From Oopsacas minuta (Eukaryota; Animalia; Porifera), in assembly GCA_024704765.1 (NCBI GenBank), contig JAKMXF010000277.1:124001-188000 (forward strand): DNA of 64,000 nt, given 5' to 3'. Below the pieces are notes generated by a model that was given only the letters and a program-made list of their open reading frames with translations, did no database searches and was not told where the DNA came from. Shown here in pieces: positions 48,042 to 59,904 of the stretch. The position numbers were made by a program, and so were the translations under genes. How positions within the stretch are numbered: position 1 is the stretch's first letter; each line of letters begins with the position of its first letter.

Positions 48042-49567
48042 ATGGCAGAATGTAAGCATTCAGAAGATTGCTGTCAGCATCAACCAGCAGTAACCAGTGT
48101 AGTACAAACAATAGATGAAATGGATTTTGAAAGAGGAATATGGAATGCTGCACTGATGGGAAATATACACAAAATTGAGAATATGATTGCCAAAGATGGA
48201 ATTGATCCGAATTTGACAGATAATTATGGATACACAGCACTGGTAAATAGCTCCAAACTTTTTGGCAAATTTAAAAGGGTTTACTTATATGTCGGCTGAA
48301 AATTATCGGCGAGATTTTTAGTATAAAACCCCACTCCAGCGATTCCCAACCTGGGTTCTATGGTCTGCGGACGATAGTAGAGAGTCTATAGGATTTCAAA
48401 TTGTATTGCAGTCTACGGGAGGGAGTCCTCATAATGTGTAAAATTGGTATAGCATACTTGCCAACCTGAATGAAAGGAAACGCGGGACGTAGCATATTTG
48501 TATAAGACTGGACAACAAAAGGCGAGACAATTAAGGTCTTTGGCAAGTTTTGACGGGAAATTACTCTCAACACATGTCCGAAAAACGGGACAGTTGGCAA
48601 GTATGGTATAGAGGGTCCATGAGTGAAAAAGGTTGGGAAATCCTGCTGTATCCCTTCAGGATAAAAAGTGACGTTTTTGACACTGAAAAATGCACAGAAA
48701 TATCTCACCGAGTAATAAAAGCTCTGATATATAAGTAAAGAGAATCATCACATGAATAGGGAAAATTCGAATTAATGAGTTTCCAATTCTCAGGGGTAAT
48801 TTTGGGTAGAACACAAAGGTTCAAGTGTCGACCATGAGACCCAAATTTGTACAGGACAAATATGTTACCATTAAAATTGTGCCTGTCCAGAAATTCCTGG
48901 GATAGCCCTCGAGCTGCCTCTCCTGTCTGCCAACCGAAATCATAATCATTTTTATATCCTAGCATTATGCCGCAAGACACAAGCGATTAGAAGTATGTAG
49001 ATTGCTATTACATAACAGAGCTAATACTAATATTCAAAGTAGAGTAGGTGGAGTAACTGCACTACACAGAGCTGCTTATACGGGTGATAAAGATATTGTG
49101 ATTATATTGTTAGAGAATAGAGCTAATCAAATGCTAGCTGATTCTGATGGTCAATTACCATCACATAAAGTGAGTTATAACGTGACTATGAAAATCATAT
49201 ATTAATAGCAGAGCCTCTGACTGGATCGGAGAGGCCCAGACCATTTGCTATTTTTTCCGAATTGAGTACATATTAGCCGAATATTGTGATGATCTTTCGA
49301 AGAAATATAAATCTATCAGTCTGATTGACATGAAATTGTTCATTGGTACATTTACGGGTGTATATAGTATTTAATGCTTCTCTACTCCTTATATTATCGC
49401 TCCTGTAGGCGTGTCAAGGAAATCACATTGAGATTATGAAGATATTATACAGACATACTCCAGAAGCTTTTGACAAGTTGGATGATACAGGAAAATCACC
49501 AATGGACTATCTAACAGATTCAAATGCTGTTATAGAGTTGAAAGAATTAATGAAATGTGATAAATGA
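48042..49567 (+). CDS. ANKRD39: Ankyrin repeat domain-containing protein 39, 3 exons, ~188 aa
   Basis: Exons 48042-48242, 48963-49169, 49409-49567 (567 nt). Diagnostic N-terminus CCQHQPAVTSVVQTIDEMDFERGIWNAAL; ankyrin repeats YGYTALHYAAR, GGVTALHRAAYTG. Confidence 0.93.
48337..48648. mobile_element. hAT-like MITE with a nested 153-bp element (48453-48605) that has a 6-bp TSD
   Basis: Outer ends CAGCGATTCCCAACC / GGTTGGGAAATCCTGCTG; inner perfect 13-bp TIR CATACTTGCCAAC / GTTGGCAAGTATG flanked on both sides by gtatag. Confidence 0.78.
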
Positions 49568-50110
49568 ATAGACTTCATTTGATGGTAAAACTCGGTTAGT
49601 ACGTACAAACGTTTTATCAGAGTTCTAGTGTAATACACTGTTTTTATTATACCAAATTATTAAAGGTTTCGCACTACACTATATATAGTAAGACGTAACT
49701 TGCATTAAGGCAGAGGAGGCAACTGCTCCTAGCTTTTTCGGGCGTTGCCTCATCTCCCTATTGTAATCGCCGTTATATCGAAGCAAATATCCATCCTTGC
49801 CTCCTCGCTCTGAGATCTCTAGTTTCGCCCCAGATATAATAAAGAGATGTGAATTTCCAACATATTGTAAACTTTCGATTTACAGTAACATCGTTTCATA
49901 GCAGGTTGCCAAATGATGAGGGCACAAAGTTCAATCCACATAGTACAAAAGTTCAAGTCACATTCATGTCAATAGTCAAATCTTCTTGCCAAGGTCAAAA
50001 TCTTTGTTTATGAACTGGCAACACTATTTTTCAATCACAATTCGATCTTATAATAATATATATTAATTGACAACATTCACAAATAGTAACAAACACTGTA
50101 TCTTGAATAT

Positions 50111-51422
50111 CTATTCTTTACAATAAAATAATTCTAATGGCTTTTTCGAGTGCCAGTATTTGGTATAAATCTGACTTAAATTGAGTTTGCCTTCCAAAAA
50201 TATGAATTCTTTACTTGATCTGATTGATTTAATGTAAATACAATATTTTCCGTTTGATTCGGGGGAAATTTTGGGATCTTTTTTCGCGGAATTTTTGGGT
50301 GATTTTGTGCTCTCCAGCGCGATTCTATCTGATAAATATTTCGCGAGATGGTCAATAGTCGCGAATGCTTTAGTCTTAATATATCTTTCCTTATTCAAAC
50401 TTGTTGATAACTCCGGGTGAGTTGAAATAATCTTTGGCTTGAAAATAAGTTCAATCTCAAGTTGAGGATCTAATGGTGTTGTTGATGGTGTTGAGGACGG
50501 TTTTGTTTGTGTAATTTGTTGTTGTTTCAATTCGTTTGGTGCTTGAGGGGTCGTTTTCGCTTGTGTATTATTTGGCTGTATATTTTTCGGGGCTTTTTCA
50601 TTTTCGTTGTCGCTACTTAGATTGTCTTCACTTGTAGTGTTACTGACTGGTTTTGATTCTTCAGTTTTTCGCCTTTTTGGTTTAGGACCTGATCGTAATT
50701 TCCCTGAATATCCCTTCTGTCTAGTAATAGAAATAAATATATAGATAAATACAGAGCTACCCAGAGACAGTTTGTCCAGATTAAGCAGATTTCCCTATTA
50801 TGAAACTATTTTGTGACTTATATTTTATGATTAAAATCGGCGAGATTGCCATGAAAATATTTAGAATTTTAACCTATGATAATATAAATTGACTGATTTA
50901 TTAATACAGCAGCTGTTCCCTAATTCAGGCTATTTTTAAATAGAAAATGCACAGGAAACTACAAATGTGTTCCATAGAATTCTTGTGATATTCGGGATAA
51001 TCGCAAGAACATACTCTAATATATTTGAATTACCGTATTGTGTGTAGTTTCTTCATCATTTCATCCTGATGAGCTTCATACTCTTCTCGTTTAGGAAATA
51101 TCCTCCCAATTAAATCATCAAAATTTGGATCAGTACGTAACGATCTTTTGGAAACTAATTTCTTTCTACAAGTCGGACATTCCTTATTCCCACTTCGTAA
51201 CGCAGTTATGATACATTCCTGGCAGAATCTATGCAAACATTCCTTTGTACACATAGTGTTCTTAAGGATGTCAAGGCAGATTGGACACATTAGCTCGTTA
51301 TGTAAACTCCGCGGTGAAATAGCTAGTTTGGTTTGGTCAGTTATTACTTGATGAGGTTTGCGATGTTGTTCGTATAAACTTAACTGCCAAAAATTCGAAT
51401 TTGAATTTGATGAAGTTGCCAT
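50111..51422 (-). CDS. RNF2: Polycomb PRC1 E3 ubiquitin ligase RING1/RNF2 (Sce), 2 exons, ~332 aa
   Basis: Exons 51422-51034 and 50720-50111 (999 nt). [71 protein letters not shown], and C-terminal RAWUL domain EIELIFKP...[18 protein letters not shown]...[12 protein letters not shown]. Confidence 0.95.
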
Positions 51423-52399
51423 TGAGTTGAGCTAAATAAAATTATGAAAATGTAAATATTAAAAGGAAATAAGTAATGGATGTCAATCAACTTCCATCAT
51501 GGAATCCATTATTAATGGTTTCAGGTATTTAATAATTACTCGCATGCGAACACTTCGTGTCCACACTCGGGCCTACGGCCCTCGAGTACATAAACTCATA
51601 ATCTTAACCGTAGCAAACATGATACTGCCATAATCTTTAAATCTGCTTACTTTATGTGCCTAAAAGTAAACAAATATTCACAATATATTGTTTACAATAC
51701 CATATTCGGACTCAGCATACTAGATTACCCCAATATAATGTTGTTTCTTTGTTGTTATGTTGTGTGTAATATTTGTTTCTGGACTTTATGAACTGAACCT
51801 ATATGTTTTCTATATGGGAGCGTGACACACAGACACAAATTGAAATTTAATAATATAGATAAGATATTCTTGCATTTATAAGAAATATTAAATGCATAAT
51901 TGGGGACTTCAAACGGTCCTTGCAAATAGTCCCAAACATATTATGAAAAAATTATAGCACATTTTTTGCCGGATTATACCGAAAAATTTCAAAATCTCCA
52001 CTTTAGTTACATTCAGAAATTTAGAATTTTTCCCTGCAATAACTGTCGTTAATAGCAAAATATCAGTGAGTCTCAGATTATTATGAAGAAATTCAGTAAT
52101 TGAATTTGGAATTCTTCATGGATTGGCTCGTATATTATGTCATAATTCGCCTCATTCAATGCTTTTAAATCCAAAAAATCCCCAAAAACCTCGAATCAAA
52201 CGAAAAATAAATGAAAGAAATATAAGACGAAACTCCACAAAATAAAGAAAAACAAAAATAACAAACCTACAACAAAGTGAATGAATGAAATTACCAGAAA
52301 ATGAGTGTATAAATACTAGAATTACAGTATTGCATAATAAGGATAATATGGTTGCCTGCATGCATATATAATTACATAATGTTAATTATGTAAGCATAT

Positions 52400-55300
52400 T
52401 TATACCCAATGAGATGTAGGGTAATTTGTGATGGTAGGTTGTTGCTCAATATTTGTAGGATATTTCCTAAAATTGCCAGGACGCAGAGGTGGATTAGGCG
52501 GGGTTTCAATGAAATTTGGAGGATGTGACGGTAACGCTGGGATGGTTTGGAAATTTCGCGGTTGTTGAGGTGGTGGAAGTGGCGGTTTATACGTAGGCGG
52601 TTTGAGTTGTGAAGATTGTGGTTGAAACGGCGAAATCGGACGGGGATTTTGCGGTGGAAACCTTTGATTTTGAGTTGAGGAATTTTGAAAAGAATTTTCG
52701 CGGTAACCCATTGGTTTATGTTGTTGTTGTTGGGTGAATATGGACTGCGGCATATATGAAGTCTTTTTCGCGAAATTATGTGTTTGTGAGCTAACACTTG
52801 TTGGGTGATTAGCAATCGCTGTATGCTGCGAATTCGAATTTATATTTTGTGTATTTTGTTGGGAATTTTGTGAAGTCACTTTAGCTGGTAAGCTATTTGT
52901 AATTTCAAATGTTTCATTGCTTCTTGGAGGCAGTTCAGGTGGCTTATCGACAGTTTTTGGTTGCAATTCGAGAGTTTTCGTCAAACTTTGCTGTGTATAC
53001 AAAGGTGCATTTATTTTGGAAACTTTTTCAGGGCTTTTAGACCGTTCAATTGTATTCATACTCGGTTCAGAAAGTATTAAACCTTCAGCTGTATAGCTAT
53101 GTGTTGCTCTGGTTGGATGTTGTGCTATACTTTTCATGTGTTTTGGGCTGTGTCCAGCTGCTATAGGAGAAGGTGGGGGAATTCCATCGGAGGAATTCAA
53201 GGCAATAAATGGGAGTTTTATTCTTTCACTGTTGTCCATGTTGAGATAATGCGTTTGGTTATGCCTGTTAAAGAGAATACAATAAATTACGGTTTATATA
53301 CATTATAAACCGGATATTTTTAACAATCGGTAATTTATCAAATTTTTCGTGCAAAGAACTTATGAACAATATCCGGTTTCTACTGTACTTCATATCCAGA
53401 GTACTAAACAAACCTTGTTAGTAATTCCTGGGTTATATCTTGAAGCAGACTAATCTCTCCAGTATTTTCTCGCAGATTTTCATCCAATATTGTGCTCAGA
53501 TTTTTTACAAGTTTCGGGGTATTCGTATTAACCAATTGAACAGTAGAATCCGTTTCGTTTTGTACTGTAAGCTGGTAGGGAGTTTGTGGTAAATTGAACG
53601 TTTTATTTTTGTTTAAACTTTCATTTATTTCATTTTGGATGACATCATTTTGTATTTGTGCGGTGTTATAACGTTTCTTGGGTTTTATTGGAGGAGGAGA
53701 CTTTAATTTTTCTAGCTTGAAGGATTCTATCATAAAATATAAAAATCTCTATAAATAACATAATTACCAATCTCTTTCACAAATTTCCAGGAATTTCACG
53801 TCATTCCCTCTATCCCATCAAAGTATCCAGAAATAAATCAAAAATTCATAATTTTACACAGAATAAGACCCTTCCCGGTAGGTTGGGCAAGATGAAATAG
53901 TTTTTGATAGGAAATAACTTAAATAAATACCTGAATTCTCCTTTTGGAATTTTAATTTTATTTCATTAACTAGAAGAGATTGATTCTTATCTTTATCATT
54001 CACAAACTCAACAGGCTTCACTTCAGGGAAAATAATATTGTGATTATAGCTAGATATTCGCTTAGGAGGAGTAGGAGGTAGAGATCCTATGGAATACAAA
54101 TACGGTAGATACATCATATTTAAACAGGAGATCAGCGGTTCCCAACTTTAACACACTCTGTGGACTCCCTCCCATAGAATGCATACAAATTTTGAGATGC
54201 TATGAACCCCAAGTTGGGAATCGCTTCACTAGAGACAACGGTAGAAACAATTAAAGTAGTTTCAATTGGAGATTCATAGAAGAGATTCGAAGTTTATCAG
54301 GGCATAATAATGTTCGTATTGTTCTAGTTATGGATAAGACTACAATCAACTCCCAATATATTGAAGTTCAAGAGACCCTGAAAAATTGATAATTTCTATG
54401 TAACTTATATTACACTGACGGTTTGGGACCATATTTGATATAGCAGACTGCATGTTTGATTGAAATTTACCATATACGTAGTTTATTTACCAATTAGATT
54501 GCTTTTCTTCTGAGGACTAGTGTATGAAGTTAGATATTGATCTAACACATCATTAGTATTAGTTTGTTGTTGTTCAGGAGAGGTAGAGAAATCATCTGGA
54601 GGTTCTAACACTACAGAACACCCTATAAGAAAATAATAGTAATCAGGAAACTCTGGAAACGGAGTGAAAATAATACAGCGAATTCCTAGTCCCATGCAAA
54701 TGAACCTCCACTAAAGGGGTAACAGGTAGCAATTTTCGGCGTATCTGGCACCCGGTTTGTGGAAATTACATTGTACTTTACCATGATTTTGCCCCATTGA
54801 CCGAGCTATACACTATTCTTACTTTGCTCATTAGATTCCATAGACTCATTTATCTGATCGACACTAACATTATAACTCTCATTAAACTTCTCAGGAGTAC
54901 TATGTGCGGAATTTCGCGGTTCCACGACAGGAGATTTATGTGCTAAATACTGCGAAATTTGTTGTAAACTCTGCCCTGGAGAAGGTGGAGTAGCTGTAGA
55001 CGATCGCGTGTCGTTAGAATGTGAATCTGTTGACTCAAAAGAAAGGTCATGATGAATGAATTTTATTTCCAATCCTTGTTGTTGTCTGCTGTTAGGACTT
55101 AGACCTTGACGATATGGTGTTGAAGTAGGATTTTCTGGACGTACATAAATATATAAACAAGGGAAACATAGAGATCTCCGCGGAGAAATCGATATAAGCG
55201 GGTATTTTGATATATCCGTGTTCGATATTACGGGGGTTGACTGTTTACTTCTTTCCAATTATATATCATAGAAATACTTAGAGTCGTATATACAAACTTG

Positions 55301-58300
55301 TATCTTACCATTACGAACAGTTAACGTCTCTTCAAAGCTCTCATTCCCTGTATCCACATCTGCCACAATAGAATATCTATGTTCCGGTGATATACTCCTG
55401 ACGTCATCAGTTTGATTAGGTAATTCTGGTTTATTCGATAAGGGTAACATCTTTGGAGGTACTTTAGGTAAGGAAGATCTGAACGTGAGGTAAGGAGGTT
55501 CAGATGATAGGCTGGGTATATCTGGATGGTCTCTACGGTAACCATAACCACCTATGAAGTATGATTAAGCCAAAATTTATGATATTACAAAATTTCGCGA
55601 TGCGTAACATAGAACAAAACATCTACTATAAAATACATAAGGACAAACCAATAGATTGACTCTTTTGAAAATAACTCCCTTCATGCTCTGCATTAACCTT
55701 AACACTTCTACTACCATTAACTACAGTAGGAGGATCTATATTGATTATATTATTGAATGGTGATGGAGTTATACTTCTGCTAACTGGTTGTATTACTTGT
55801 GAACTTGTGTGCAGTTCAGGCTCCTTCTTCATGAATCTTGCACTGTAACGGAACTTAGCTAGCATACTGCTGCAATCACGGGACTCTCTATCAAAGGAAA
55901 GGATACATAGATAGTTGGAAATAATATAGAAACACAATTTTTTGCACAAAAATGCAGTTGGATTATGAATTTGAGGAAAATAAAATTTTTGAGATTTTTC
56001 AAAATTCCTCGGATCCGGCGGATATTCGCTTAGTATATTTAATCAATTATTTTTCGCAGAAAATATATTAAAGTATACGATTCTGCGGCACTAATTATGC
56101 CTGAATTCAGAAATGGCTCATATTTTTGTTACAACCTTATTTCCGGATTATAGATCCCAGAAACTTTGGTAGTAAAGGCACAGTTAAATTTGATAGTCTT
56201 TATCAAAATATACATTGCATTAAACGCAAAAGGAATTGGTAATTATGGATCAGGCGCATTTTTGTTATAACAAAAGTGCCTGATCAATAATTACCAACTC
56301 CTTTCGCATTTTCTCTGGATCTCACACATTAGCTAAGAAACTTTCCTGAAATATTGCGAAAAAATTGGTACCAATCATTTTCAAAATTTTCTCTGGATAT
56401 GAAGTGAAGTCCCACATGCTGATTTCGTACAACCTTCACAAAATAGAGAATTCCCCCTACAAGACAACTCACCGTATATTCATTCTCATTCTATAGAACT
56501 GTAGATAATCAATAAGATTATCATACAACACTTCACATAGTGCTTTAGAATCCAATTCAAATGTTACGTACTTTTCCTCAACAGGTTCTGAGCCCAATCT
56601 ATTCTTGATAGATAAAGTTATACGCTTGCGTTTTTGCGAAACTTTTAAAACTCTTCCCCAGGCGAATAGCGCTATCATTTTCCAATCTTTGTAGACCTTA
56701 ATTCCAGAGGGAGCCATTCCAAGCTGTAATTTCTCTTTGTTACTTCCTGTTACTGGATAAGAGTCTAAACCGTAGAATTCCAAATTCAGGACTGTGTAAC
56801 TAAGAAGAGTATTATAACACAAAATTGCTAGGTTGTTGGTCAAATAGAAATCTTTTATATATTTAATCAAATTTGCTCTACAAATACTTACGTGAGGAAA
56901 TGCAATTCAGCATCAGTCTGTGACATTCCTTGCCTCTCTCTGTGTTGCTCTGCAATAGCTCTCTCCAATTCAGTTGATTGATTAGGCATGAATAGGAAAT
57001 TACATGTGTAACCAGGCAAATGTCTTGTACCATCAAAATCACCAAGTTCTGATTGGATTGAGTAAGAGAATAGCTTTGCTGCATGATGCTATAACAGAGA
57101 ATAGTATAATACTAAGACTGTGAATGTGGTTATAAGAACACCCTTGGGACTAACAATACATGTTCCTAAACCGGTATGTTCCCTATATCCGGCATAAAGT
57201 ATACAGGATATAAGAGAACCGGGATGATACAGGTATCTACAGTATTAACATATTTCCCAGAGGTAACACAATTTCTACAATCTGACAGTTTGGGATATGT
57301 CAAGACACTAGAATTTTCTTTTGGAGGATGTCAGAGAATTCTAAATTTTGTTGTTTCAAAAGGGCAAAGAAATTGTCGACAGCCAATGGGAACCAATTAT
57401 TCTAAATCAGATTGAGGAAAAGATGCCAAATTTTGCTCCAAAAGCTTTTTATCAATCACAGATTATCTTAAAATATCCCAAAAAACAAATCACCTACCTG
57501 TGAACAAGGTAGTTTACCCTCCAATATATCTCTCCGTACATGTAGAAAGAACAAATATCTAGTGAACTCTTCTCTAAGACTAGATGGATCTGGTGTGAAG
57601 TACTTAACTTGTAGATGAAAGTCACATGGAGTGTATTGTGTATCATCTGAGTTGTTAATGAATTTCTTAGGAATCTAAATAAAAGTACAAATGTAATATT
57701 CGACTCTCTGATAATCAAATAAACTTCCGTTATATCAAACACGGTTATGTAAAAATAGCGGCTATATCGAAGTCCGAAATTGGACGAATGTGATTCAAAA
57801 CCATCAAAGTAACATATTCCATCGGGTTATATCGGAGTAATTATCGCAGTCCCTTTGAGCTTTGATATAACGGGTGTTGTCTGTCAAGAATAAACCAAGT
57901 TTCTAATAATTATAGAAAATTGAAAGAATTTGATAAACTTTCACTAATATTTTAGAATTTTTAGGGATAAAAATTTCGAAATTTTGGGTTTAAGTCAAAA
58001 ATAGGTAGAATATAATACAGTCGACTCCGGTTAATCGGACACTCCGGATAATCGGACCACTTTACTCTGGACAAAAGTGGTCCGATTAACCGGAGTCGAC
58101 TGTATTCAATATTACCCATTCATGCCGCATAAACAGCAATTCTGGAATAAAGTTACAGTAAAATTTTTCAGAGATAGGTATTCCAATCGCATACCATAAA
58201 TGCTTTCCTTGACAACGGACAAACAGACAGAAATACTTGAAATCTAATAATGTAGATTATTTATTGCAAAACTATTAGGAATATTTGAATGGTAAAATAC

Positions 58301-58606
58301 CTGTTTTCTTATCTTCCTTGTGGAATCTAACCAAACCTTCATCCCATTTTTATTCTCATATTTCAAACCAAAATATTCCTTCTCTCTAAGATCAATTCTC
58401 CAAAATACATAATCTGTCAATTCTCTGCCAGTAGCTTTCTTCGGGACCATGTGATTAAAATCTGTGCCATCTGGTAGGAAGATTTGACACATAAATGTGG
58501 CAGTTTTCGACTGTTTTTTGCGTTTCCAGCGTCCGGAAGAGCGGATGTGTGAAGGAGATGATCCGTCACTAATATCAACGGGGATGAAGCAGGTTTCTTG
58601 GGGCAT
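52400..58606 (-). CDS. Band 4.1 family (EPB41-like) FERM + FA domain protein with long Pro/Ser/Gln-rich tail, 11 exons, ~1088 aa
   Basis: Exons 58606-58301, 57674-57498, 57088-56892, 56799-56473, 55887-55649, 55551-55309, 55134-54823, 54622-54491, 54086-53931, 53726-53414, 53264-52400 (3267 nt). FERM motifs CQIFLPDG, EKEYFGL, WLDSTRKIRKQ, VKYFTPDPSSLREEFTRYLFFLHVRRDILEGKLPC, YSIQSELGDFD, LEFYG; FA motif KFRYSAR. Tail exons are supported by phase only. Confidence 0.82.
54133..54226. mobile_element. hAT-like MITE (CAGCGGTTCCCAAC family)
   Basis: CAGCGGTTCCCAACTT ... AAGTTGGGAATCGCTT. Confidence 0.7.
54697..54773. mobile_element. MITE family C (copy 5)
   Basis: CAAATGAACCTCCAC ... TTTGTGGAAATTACATTG|TA. 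Confidence 0.72.
57716..57883. mobile_element. MITE family A in FERM gene intron 1
   Basis: ccgttatatcaaacacgg ... atcgcagtccctttgagctttgatataacgggtgttgtctg. Confidence 0.7.
58018..58102. mobile_element. 85-bp TA-flanked MITE with perfect 23-bp TIRs
   Basis: TA|CAGTCGACTCCGGTTAATCGGAC ... GTCCGATTAACCGGAGTCGACTG|TA, with an internal subterminal repeat ctccggataatcggac. Confidence 0.9.
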
Positions 58607-58730
58607 TGTAACGTCCTGTAACGATAATAGTGAAGCTTTTTCAGAAAATATAGAATTTAAAAATCTTTGCAAAAATACAAAAATAGAATAAATAACGAGA
58701 AAAGTTGGTAAACGTCCAAATTTTGCAATA

Positions 58731-58882
58731 CAGACAACTCCGGTTATATCGAAGCACAAGGAACCGCGATAATCATATCGATATACCCGATGATATATAT
58801 GTTACTTTGACCGTTTCGGACCATATTGGTACAATTCAAACTTTGATATAAGCGGCTATTTCGATATGACAGGAGTTGACTG
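58731..58882. mobile_element. MITE family A just upstream of the FERM gene
   Basis: TA|CAGACAACTCCGGTTATATCGAAG ... TTCGATATGACAGGAGTTGACTG. Confidence 0.8.
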
Positions 58883-59904
58883 TCAAGTTAAAATTTTGGA
58901 AATATATAAATATGAAAATACCACAAAATTCTCTATGTAAATATATAAGAATAATATACGTATTTTCCGACAAGAAGCTATAAATACTATTAGAAATCAT
59001 ACAATTATTATCCTGTCATAATGTATTATAAAATATGATGTGAAAATCAGATAGACACAATACCAATACTTACATGCAAATCTTTGATTAATCATCGCGA
59101 AATATCACAAACTTTGAACTTATAAACATCAAATAAAAACAATATTAGAAACACTTATATTTATACTTTTGTATTGAAAGGATGTTAATAGCGAGAAAAC
59201 ATAGCAGTGATTATAAATCATAGATTTGAATGCTTTTATTGTCAATGATGAGCAATGAATGGAAGTGTATTGAATTGGCATATGTTGCCAATTCGTTGAA
59301 ACCATATACGAAAGAGATACGGTGACAATACATTGGCTAGGTTTGTATATTTTCTGTATGTATAGAAATATTTTGTTAAAAATTGAGGAAAATATGAAAA
59401 AGTAAGCTGGGATATGAAATAATTTCTGAACATATCCGGACTGTAATTTCTATGCTTGCCTATATTTCCCGGGATTCCTGAATATTTCCAGCAATTTAGA
59501 TGCAATCTAAAAGGTTTTTGCAAATTTATTTGTCTTTTTCCCTAATTAAACCCTAGAATTGCTATTTATTGATGTAATTACCATCAGGAATTGCAGGCAA
59601 TTTTAGAAAATCCCGGGATTCAGCAAATAATATCCTGGAAAATTTGGTTGGTAATTCTGAATTTCACACATTTTCATAATATTCTCGGCTAATATTTCGT
59701 GGATAACCAAATTGAAAATATCATTTTGAACGAAAGTAGTATTGTTTGCCAAAGATAAATCATTTTTTTTCGAAATAAGTTGAATAAAACAATCAAATAT
59801 ATTTCCAAAACTAAACTGTAAGTTTTTTGTAAAATAATACGAAAATAATTGATAAGGGAAGAGAGAGAGAGAGAAGCAAAAATGAGCGAATATGTGTGTG
59901 TATT

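Noticed and set aside
48358-48980. ORFs of 62-116 aa in ANKRD39 intron 1
   Set aside because: They overlap nested MITE sequence and lack domains.
51565-51587. GC-rich hairpin actcgggcctacggccctcgagt upstream of RNF2
   Set aside because: It resembles a generic mobile-element terminal hairpin, with no matching partner end or other support in this window.
52152-52361. Hydrophobic minus-strand ORF as a possible C-terminal transmembrane exon of the FERM gene (FRMD3/5-like)
   Set aside because: The hydrophobicity comes from T-rich 3'UTR-like sequence, the donor (GTATAA) is weak, and an in-frame stop at 52400 ends the CDS.
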